Shown: positions 56,659-64,000 of the stretch, in pieces
Layout: each line of letters opens with the position of its first letter
Position numbering within the stretch: the stretch's first letter is position 1
Assembly (NCBI GenBank): GCA_965224025.1
Contig: OZ245033.1
Location: 1 to 64,000, forward strand
DNA from: Candidatus Multivorans sp.
GTDB lineage: Bacteria > Acidobacteriota > Thermoanaerobaculia > Multivoradales > Multivoraceae
DNA length: 64,000 nucleotides
Direction: 5' to 3'
Translations under genes and position numbers: made by a program
The notes under the pieces: model-generated
What the model was told of the DNA's origin: nothing
Databases searched by the model: none
Seen by the model: only the letters and a program-made list of their open reading frames with translations

Positions 56659-57714
56659 ATGAAGCTGATGAAGCACATCACTATCGCGCTGGTGCTCAGC
56701 GTGATCCCGGCGATGGCCTTCGGTCAGGTCGGCGCAATCGATCCGGCCATGGTCGACGTCCTGTGTCCGGCGGACGAATGCCACACCGCCACCTACTTCC
56801 AGGGTTCGGGCGGCTTCGTGGGCATGGCCACGGCCGACAACCCGAAGACGATGGACACGGACGAGAGCGAAGTCGCGTTCATCGTGTCCTGCGGCAACGT
56901 GACCACCAGGGCGGTCGCCGCGAAGGACGCCATGGGCGTCGTCCGGCAGGTGTTCAGCGAGGAGAACGGTCTGGCCTGCGCGGCCGACGGCGAGATCAAC
57001 ATTCATCGCCTGATGCCCGGAGGCTGGTACTGGATCAACGACGACATGAACTCGGCGGTGGCCAGCCTGATGCCGAAGACGGTTCTGAACAACGCCAAGA
57101 CCACTCCGATCGATCCGGGCGGCTTGGTGTTCAACACGGGCGACAGCGAGAGGGCGACCTACGTCAAGCACGAGATGACCGGCCGGGTCGGCATCCTCCA
57201 GCACATCCAGCCGGTTGAGCCGAAGAGGCCCTGCGGTGGCGAGCTCAACAGAGACAACGACTGTGTCCTGGATGCTACGTACCACATCACGATGATGGTC
57301 GGCGCCAAGCCAGTCGGCGCCAGTGTCGAACGGGGCGCGGCCGACATCGTAGTCACTCTCGGCCTCGGTGGCAGCGGTTTCATCGACAACACCGCTAGCG
57401 GCACCGATCCGGGTGCGACCTGGATGATCGGCGGACCGGGCGGAGTCAGCATGCCGGGCGTGATCGCCAATGCGGGTGACGGGATGTTTACGATCACTGC
57501 CTCGACCGACGCTCGTTGTGCGGCCACCAACGCGGACCGGGCGTCGCCCGTCATGGTCAAGGTCGATGCCGCGGATTCGACGGGCGTAGTTCCTGGCTTC
57601 GGCGCCATGGGGGGCCCAAGCAGGACAATCGGTGTCACCTGCCCCAAGGCGTCGGCGGCGGCGAACCAGGGCCTGGAGCTCGTGCCGGACAACCCGTTCC
57701 CGGTCAGCCAGTAA
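56659..57714 (+). CDS. Secreted Cys-containing protein, paralog 1
   Basis: AAGGAG RBS, signal peptide, GGWYWIND..NSAV and YVKHE.TGRVGI motifs. Confidence 0.85.
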   Translation: MKLMKHITIALVLSVIPAMAFGQVGAIDPAMVDVLCPADECHTATYFQGSGGFVGMATADNPKTMDTDESEVAFIVSCGNVTTRAVAAKDAMGVVRQVFSEENGLACAADGEINIHRLMPGGWYWINDDMNSAVASLMPKTVLNNAKTTPIDPGGLVFNTGDSERATYVKHEMTGRVGILQHIQPVEPKRPCGGELNRDNDCVLDATYHITMMVGAKPVGASVERGAADIVVTLGLGGSGFIDNTASGTDPGATWMIGGPGGVSMPGVIANAGDGMFTITASTDARCAATNADRASPVMVKVDAADSTGVVPGFGAMGGPSRTIGVTCPKASAAANQGLELVPDNPFPVSQ

Positions 57715-58003
57715 GGGAACATACGAGAGGTGTCTTGTGGCCTGAGGGTCTTGAAGAAGCCTCCCAGGACATAGAGAACCACTCTTGAGCGGCGCTTCCG
57801 CGTCGGGCCCTTGCCCGGCGCGGAGGTTGCCGCTCCTTTCGTTGGGGCGGGGGTCTTGCGCCGCCGGGCTGGAGGAAACGTGTGCGGAAGCTGCTCCAGA
57901 CTGGATCTTGTGGCCGGCTTCTTCTAGGGTTGTGCCTTGTGGACTTGGCCGCGGCCGTTGGATCCCGCGTGCGACCGGAGGAGTTGAGAGGAAGTTCGAA
58001 GCG

Positions 58004-59011
58004 ATGAAACGCTTGATCCTTGCCTTGGCGGTCGTTCCGCCGGCCTCGGTCGTATCTGGCCAGACCGGTACGGCGGACGCGGCGGAGGTCCGGGTCACCT
58101 GTTCGGCTCCGTGCTATGTGGCGCCTTTCTTCGCGGGACGGGGTGGTTTCGTGGCGGAGGCCGTGAGAGGAGGCCCGTTCGGTCCCGTAGACTTCGCGCT
58201 CACCTGCGGCTCGACGGTGACCACGGGCACCGTCGAGCCGGACGAGGACCGCATCGTCCGCCAGGTGTTCACCCGCGCCAACGGCCTGGCTTGCGACGCG
58301 GAGAGCGGCAAGATCGAGATCTCTGGACTCAAGGCTGGCGGCTGGTACTGGATCAACGACGACCGAAACTCGGCGGTGTCTTCCCTTGTCAACGGCAATG
58401 TACTGGGCGAAGGCCACGTGAGGGTTCGGCCCCTCGCTCCGGGCGGCGTCACGATCACATCTATGGAGGGCGGCGACGCGAGCTTCGTCAAGCACGAGAT
58501 GAGCGGCCGCGTGGGGATCATCTCCCACATCTTGCCGGTGCCGGAAATGCCGCCCTGCGCCGATCAGGAGAACCTGAGGAACAACTGCGAGCTTCGCGGG
58601 TCCTACGAGATCGTTCTGAAGTCGGGCGATGCCGTTGTCGGTTCGGACGTCGTGCGCGGCGGCGACGACGGCGAGACGTACTTCATCGTTACCGCCTCGC
58701 TTGCCGGGAGCGGCTACATCCCTATCGACCCGGCGACGCCTCCGGTCGCCGCCTACCGGATCGCCGGCCCGGGCGGTACGGAGGAGAATCCGGTCGGCAC
58801 GCCCGGCGTGAACCATGCCTTTCCGTCGGCGGATATCGGCATTGAGGCGAAGGCTGGTTCGGGGGAACGGTGCGGTGAGACGAGTTCGCTCCGGGACGTT
58901 CCGGTCACGGTGGTCATTGCGGCGATCAATCCGGAGGCCGGGCTCGGCGCGGTGCCGCGGCTGCCGGAGGAAGGGATCAGGAGGACCGTCACCGTCTCCT
59001 GCCCCGAATAG
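58004..59011 (+). CDS. Secreted Cys-containing protein, paralog 2
   Basis: Signal peptide MKRLILAL, same motifs as paralog 1. Confidence 0.82.
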   Translation: MKRLILALAVVPPASVVSGQTGTADAAEVRVTCSAPCYVAPFFAGRGGFVAEAVRGGPFGPVDFALTCGSTVTTGTVEPDEDRIVRQVFTRANGLACDAESGKIEISGLKAGGWYWINDDRNSAVSSLVNGNVLGEGHVRVRPLAPGGVTITSMEGGDASFVKHEMSGRVGIISHILPVPEMPPCADQENLRNNCELRGSYEIVLKSGDAVVGSDVVRGGDDGETYFIVTASLAGSGYIPIDPATPPVAAYRIAGPGGTEENPVGTPGVNHAFPSADIGIEAKAGSGERCGETSSLRDVPVTVVIAAINPEAGLGAVPRLPEEGIRRTVTVSCPE

Positions 59012-59106
59012 GCATGACCCGGAGTCTGGCGCTTGTCGGGCCCTCGTGGCCTGGTCGCAGCCGGGTCCCGGGTCGGGCGGCGGCCGCGAACGGGGCGGTG
59101 ACGCGG

Positions 59107-60120
59107 TTGAAGTTCATCTTCGCCTATCTCCTGGCCGGCGCGGTTCCCGCACTGGCGTTGGGCCAGAGCGTCAACATCGTGTGCTCTGCCGAGAGCTGCC
59201 ACTTCGCGCCCTACTTCCGGGGTGAAGGCGGCTTCGTTGGCGAGCGGGCGCCGACCCACGTGGACGACCGAGGCGCGCCGCTGCCGATCCGATTCGTGCT
59301 GGAATGTGGGCGCGTGACGGTGTCCGGCGAGGTCGAGCCGGACGCGGACGGAATCATCCGGCAGCTACTGACCGGGCGAGAAGGTCTGGCCTGTTGGGGG
59401 GACGGCGGCACCTTCGAGCTTCGAGGTCTCCGCGACGGGGGTTGGTACTGGATCAACGACAGGAGGAACTCCGCGGTCTCTCCCCTGGTCAGGCTGGGCG
59501 CCCGCGCCAATCCGGAGACGAAGCCGTTCGATCCCGGCGGCGTGACGATGACGACGATCCGTAGGGGCGCCGCGACCTACGTGAAGCACGAGCCGACCGG
59601 CCGGGTCGGCATCATCCCGAACATCCTGCCCGTGGCGGCGACCCCGGACTGCAGCGGTGAGGCGCCCAACGGTGAAGCTTGCCTCCTGGGGTCGCCGGAG
59701 GATTGGTCTCTCGTACTGACCACGGGCGATGGCGACGCGCCCGTCGGCGCCGGGGCGATCGAGCGCGGGGCCGACGTGTCGGTCAAGGTCAGCCTCGTGG
59801 GACGGAACTTCGTCAGGACGGGGACCGTGGCGACCGACATCTCTCTCTCCGGCGGCACGCGCGGCGAGACGATCCTGAGCGCCCCGGCCGAAGTGACGAT
59901 CTCGGGCACGCCGCCGGACGCCGCCGAGGGCGGCGAGCTGGCGTGGACGATCCTGGTGGCCGACGACCCGGACCTCTGCGCCGCGACGCACCCGGACCGG
60001 CTGCTCGAGCAGACCGTCGTGGTTACCGCTTCCGCCGCGCTGGCGGGCGCGGTCCCGGCCTACGCCGCCGGTGAGGGTCCATCGGCCAGCTTCACGATCA
60101 ATTGCCCGGATTCGGGGTAG
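59107..60120 (+). CDS. Secreted Cys-containing protein, paralog 3 (start 59014 or 59107)
   Basis: Signal peptide LKFIFAYLLAG..ALG-Q, same motifs as paralog 1. Confidence 0.8.
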   Translation: MKFIFAYLLAGAVPALALGQSVNIVCSAESCHFAPYFRGEGGFVGERAPTHVDDRGAPLPIRFVLECGRVTVSGEVEPDADGIIRQLLTGREGLACWGDGGTFELRGLRDGGWYWINDRRNSAVSPLVRLGARANPETKPFDPGGVTMTTIRRGAATYVKHEPTGRVGIIPNILPVAATPDCSGEAPNGEACLLGSPEDWSLVLTTGDGDAPVGAGAIERGADVSVKVSLVGRNFVRTGTVATDISLSGGTRGETILSAPAEVTISGTPPDAAEGGELAWTILVADDPDLCAATHPDRLLEQTVVVTASAALAGAVPAYAAGEGPSASFTINCPDSG

Positions 60121-60196
60121 CCGGTAGCCGCATCCTCGGTGCGAGCTCACCAGTAGACGCCACGCCGTGGGAAAGACAGCTCCCGCACGCCGCTTC

Positions 60197-60251
60197 CCGG
60201 CGGCGCGGCGGACGCGGGCCGGAAGGCCCGCGCAACGGCCGGCGCGCCCGG
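60197..60251. repeat. REP-like element (reverse), empty IS110-target-like copy
   Basis: Reverse complement reads GGGCGCGCCGGCCGTTGCGCGGGCCTTCCGGCCCGCG. Confidence 0.75.
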
Positions 60252-60565
60252 TCTCTTCGACGGCCCCAGAATCGATGAAAACAAACGGCTTCCAGAAGCG
60301 ATATAAGAACTGGGACGGTTTTCCGTCTTAGTCTATGGAAGCGCTACTTCCATGCAGACCTGCAGGTCACAGAACGCCGGTTTGGCTTCTCCGGGGTTCA
60401 CCGAACGGCCGCGGCGAGTGGGCGGGCGCTTCGGGGGGGTCGGCCTGCTCCGGAGAAAAGGGGCACCTCCAAGGGCCGGCGCCCCCATCTCCCCGATCGG
60501 GGATAATCGGCTCTTGACTACCCACGCAAGACTCGGCGAGCGTCGCACGGTGGTGGAGATCCGCC

Positions 60566-61363
60566 GTGGTTGATTCCGCATTGGACCGTCGCCGCTTCTC
60601 GCAGTCCATGTTCCTGCTGCGGGAGCTGGTGGCGCGGAACCTGCGGTCGCGTTACGCGGGCTCGCTGCTGGGTCTCGCGTGGTCGCTGCTCAACCCGCTG
60701 TGGCAACTCCTGCTGTTCACGTTCGTCTTTTCTCTCCTGCTCCGCGTTCCGCTCGAAGGCGAGCAGACGCAGAACTTCGGCGTCTTCCTGTTCTGCGGCC
60801 TGCTGCCCTGGATCGCGGTCCACGAGGGACTGAGCCGCTCGGCATCGGCAGTCACGGACAACGCCGACCTGGTCAAGAAGATGCTCCTGCCGGTCGAACT
60901 CCTGGTGGCGTCCCTGGTGATCGGCGCGCTGCTCCACGCCGGCGTCGGCGCGCTGGCGTTCATCGTCGTCCTGGCCGTGATGGGCGAACTCTCCGTCGCC
61001 AGCCTTCCTCTTCTGATGGTCGCGGCGCCCCTGCAGGCGGCGCTGACGTTCGGCCTGGGAGTGGGTTTGGCGGGGGCCAACGTCTATTTCCGGGATGTTG
61101 CACAGGCCGCGGGCCTGATCCTGAACACCTGGTTCTACGTGACGCCGATCATCTACCCGGTGAACTTCATCCAGAAGGAGACCCTCCGGCAGGTGCTGGA
61201 ACTCAACCCACTGACGGGCCTGGTCTACCTCTACCGAGCCGCGTTCCTGGGCGGAGGGATTCAGGTCAGCCTGGTCCCGCTGCTCGCCTGCGCCGCCGCC
61301 TCCGTGGTCCTGGGCGGGGCGCTGTTTGCCCGGTTGAAGGACGGTCTCGCGGACGAAATATGA
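60566..61363 (+). CDS. ABC-2 polysaccharide export permease (Wzm-like)
   Basis: RYAGSLLG..W..LNPL, FRD, FY.TPIIYP, LNP motifs. Confidence 0.9.
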   Translation: MVDSALDRRRFSQSMFLLRELVARNLRSRYAGSLLGLAWSLLNPLWQLLLFTFVFSLLLRVPLEGEQTQNFGVFLFCGLLPWIAVHEGLSRSASAVTDNADLVKKMLLPVELLVASLVIGALLHAGVGALAFIVVLAVMGELSVASLPLLMVAAPLQAALTFGLGVGLAGANVYFRDVAQAAGLILNTWFYVTPIIYPVNFIQKETLRQVLELNPLTGLVYLYRAAFLGGGIQVSLVPLLACAAASVVLGGALFARLKDGLADEI

Positions 61364-62409
61364 AGCCGTGCTTCGGCATCACGGCGGTTATCGTCCACTA
61401 CCGCACACCGGACCTCCTCGAGGCCGCGGTGGATGCCCTCAAGGCGAACGCGCGGGCTTCGGGGTTGGCGCTCCAGGTCATTGTCGTGGACAACGGCGCG
61501 GACTCGGCCAAGGGGAATCATCTCGACTTGGCGCGTCTGAAGACGTGGGTCCTCGAGCCGTCCTCGAATCTGGGCTACGCGGGCGGGATCAATCTCGGCG
61601 CCCGCAAGCCGGCAGGCGATGTCGTGCTGCTGATGAACGCGGATGTCGTTGTGGAACCGGGGTGCCTGCGGGCGCTCGTCGATGCGCTCGGCGAGGCCGA
61701 CATCGCCGGGCCGCGGTTGTTCTGGGATCGGGACTGCCGGCTGATGCTGCCGCCGCAGCAGGTCCGCACGCGCGCCGCCGAGCTGGACGCGCTCTGTGCC
61801 GAGCGGTCGGTGGTCTGGGGGCGTTCCTACCGCCGCCGGTGGCGGCGCCGCGCCCGTGCTCTCTGGTCGGCTCGGGAACCCGTGCCCTGCTTCGAGCTGA
61901 CGGGCGCCTGCCTGGCCATGACAAGGGACTGCTGGCACCGGGTTGGACCGTTCGACGAAGGCTACCGGCTCTACTTCGAGGAGACCGACTGGCTGCTTCG
62001 CGCGCGGGCGCTGGGCGCGCGGGCGGTCCTGGTTCCGGCCGCGCGCGCGGTTCACGCCTACGACCAGAGCGGGAAGCTTGAACCTCGCGCGCAGATGTGG
62101 TTCGAGCAGTCGATGGCGCGCTTCCGCCGGCGCCGTTACGGCGCCTGGTTCGCGGCGCTGCTCCGGTTCCTCGAACGCGTGCCTCGGCGCTTCGCCGATC
62201 CGCCGCCGCTTCCCGCCGGGCCGGTGGACGGCGAGGCGTGGGTCGAGGTCACGCCGCTGCCGCTGGGCGTTCCCGCCGCCGGTTGCCGCCTCGACGGTGG
62301 CGGTGTGCGGGATTTCGAGTTGCCGCCGGATGTCGCGCAGGGCGCCGGGTCCGACCTGCGGATTCGCGTCAGCGACGGCGCCCGCCGGGATCTCGGCGGG
62401 CCGAAGTAG
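61360..62409 (+). CDS. Glycosyltransferase family 2
   Basis: VVDNG, NLGYAGGIN, MNAD, FDEGY.LYFEETDW. Confidence 0.9.
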   Translation: MKPCFGITAVIVHYRTPDLLEAAVDALKANARASGLALQVIVVDNGADSAKGNHLDLARLKTWVLEPSSNLGYAGGINLGARKPAGDVVLLMNADVVVEPGCLRALVDALGEADIAGPRLFWDRDCRLMLPPQQVRTRAAELDALCAERSVVWGRSYRRRWRRRARALWSAREPVPCFELTGACLAMTRDCWHRVGPFDEGYRLYFEETDWLLRARALGARAVLVPAARAVHAYDQSGKLEPRAQMWFEQSMARFRRRRYGAWFAALLRFLERVPRRFADPPPLPAGPVDGEAWVEVTPLPLGVPAAGCRLDGGGVRDFELPPDVAQGAGSDLRIRVSDGARRDLGGPK

Positions 62410-62419
62410 CATCGGCGGC

Positions 62420-63799
62420 GTGAACGCGGAGCGCGGCGCAGAGACAGCCGCCGCGGCGGTCGCGGCCTGGCATCGTTGCCTCGAACGCCGCCGCGCGGGG
62501 GTGGCGCCGGAGGGCGGTCTCGACCAGGCGGTAACGGCGGTGCTGCGCCGGGGCGGTGTGGAGGCCGTGCAACCGGACGGCTTTCGCCTAGTGCTCGGCT
62601 CGGAGTCGGTCGGCGCCGCGGAGGAACTGCCGGACGAGGTGGTGATCGGGTGGGCGTACGATGCCGCCACTTGCGAGTCCGAGCCGAGCGGCTACGATCG
62701 GCTGATCGTGGATCTGTTCGGGGCGGGGTTCCGGCCGGTCGCCGAGCGGGCCGGTCTGCCGGAGTCGGTAGCGGGGTACGAGGCGGCGCCGCCGTTCCGC
62801 GTGGTGCGCGCGCGCCGCGACGGCTACCGCATCCGCAGCTACCGGCCGGGTGACGAGCAGGCGATTCTCGACCTGTTCCGGCACAGTTTCCGGAGCGACC
62901 TTTGCCTGGAGCGCTGGACCTGGAAGTACCTCGACAACCCGCGGGGCGGTCCCCGGATCTCGCTCGCGTTCTCGCCCGGCGGCGAACTTGTCTGCCAGTA
63001 CTGCGCGTACCCGGTGCGCTGGCACGGCCTGCCGCCGACGAGCCCGGCCGACAGCCACCAGGTCGGCGACACGATGACGCGCCGGAGCGCCCGCGCCGTC
63101 GGCCGCGGGCCGACCAGTCTGCTCGCGCGGTCGGCGAGGCACTTCTGTCTCGTGAACTGCAAGGGCCGGATCGCGTTCAACTACGGCTTCAACACCGGCA
63201 ACATCCAGAAGTTCTCCAGCCGTTTCCTGGATGTGCGGCAGGTGGAGGACGTGCCGTACCGGGAACTGCCGCCCGCGGCGCGGCTCGGCCGCAACGCCCG
63301 GCTCGGGCGCCGCTACGAGCTGCGGCGGATCACGGACCGTTCAGAGGTCGACGCCGGGTTCGATGCCCTGTTCGCGCGCGTGAGCGACCGCTACGGATTG
63401 CTCGTCGAGCGCTCCGCCGAGTACCTGCGCTGGCGCTATGTCGACTGCCCGCCCGAAGGCCCCGAGTTGATCGCCGCCTACCGGCGGGGACGTCTGGCGG
63501 CGTGGGCGGCGGCGGCGCATCTTCCCGATCGGGTGGAATGGGGCGATGCCCTGGTCGATCCGGCCGAGCGGCCGGCCCTGCGCGCGCTGCTCGTCGAGAT
63601 GCGGGCGCCCGGCCTCCCGATCGTCGGTTGGTTCAGCGACCGGCCCCGCTGGTTGTCAAGGGAACTGAACGCTCTCGGCCTGGTCCGTCGCCCCGAGCCG
63701 CAGGGGCTGGTGACGGGGCTGTCGCCCTTCGTCCGCGGCGATGCCGTGTCGCTGCTGCGCCGGGGTTACTACACGAAGGGTGACAGCGATCTGTTCTAG
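62420..63799 (+). CDS. GNAT-fold acyltransferase-like protein
   Basis: IRSYRPGDE..I..LF, W.WKY.DNP, YGFN, YLRWRY, GDSDLF end. Confidence 0.7.
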   Translation: MNAERGAETAAAAVAAWHRCLERRRAGVAPEGGLDQAVTAVLRRGGVEAVQPDGFRLVLGSESVGAAEELPDEVVIGWAYDAATCESEPSGYDRLIVDLFGAGFRPVAERAGLPESVAGYEAAPPFRVVRARRDGYRIRSYRPGDEQAILDLFRHSFRSDLCLERWTWKYLDNPRGGPRISLAFSPGGELVCQYCAYPVRWHGLPPTSPADSHQVGDTMTRRSARAVGRGPTSLLARSARHFCLVNCKGRIAFNYGFNTGNIQKFSSRFLDVRQVEDVPYRELPPAARLGRNARLGRRYELRRITDRSEVDAGFDALFARVSDRYGLLVERSAEYLRWRYVDCPPEGPELIAAYRRGRLAAWAAAAHLPDRVEWGDALVDPAERPALRALLVEMRAPGLPIVGWFSDRPRWLSRELNALGLVRRPEPQGLVTGLSPFVRGDAVSLLRRGYYTKGDSDLF

Positions 63800-64000
63800 G
63801 AGTCGAGTCGCGGCCTCCGCGCCGAAGCGAGTTCTGCGACGCTGACGTGCGCCGGGCGCGAGGGCCCGGGTTCGGCGGTGAAACGCGATCTTCATCGGTA
63901 CGTTAGAATCGATCCGCTTCGACAGTTACGGCAGACAGTTTCGGAAACCGTCGCTCGCGGGCCGCTAGAACGAAGGGGTCGGTGCGGCCTTCGGCGGGCA

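Overview
High-GC bacterial chromosome segment, probably Acidobacteriota; this is inferred from a VWA-type acidobacterial protein and a repeated secreted-protein C-terminal domain. 1-13083 is a head-less remnant of a transposable (Mu/B3-like) siphoprophage. It holds an intact lambda-type tail operon (fused I-J tip protein, K, L, M, tape measure, G/GT frameshift chaperone, tube, terminator), then GemA, a DUF2235/Tle1-type lipase, a Mor-like gene and a repeat-rich end. That end truncates one copy of an IS110 element. A complete copy of this IS110 (34264-35975) sits in a REP-like repeat. Its non-coding end contains a readable bridge-RNA with target and donor guides matching the actual junctions, plus a promoter formed only on circularisation. 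The same REP-like family occurs about 16 times, three times in frame inside protein-coding genes. The rest includes housekeeping genes (tRNA-CAT, tilS, ftsH, cdaA-cdaR-glmM, pdxJ, ligA, ilvD), a lower-GC three-gene TIGR04255 island, a lipid acylation/export cluster, secreted metalloproteases, three paralogous Cys-containing secreted proteins behind a strong promoter, and glycan-modification genes. All family calls are from motif recognition by eye, not database searches.
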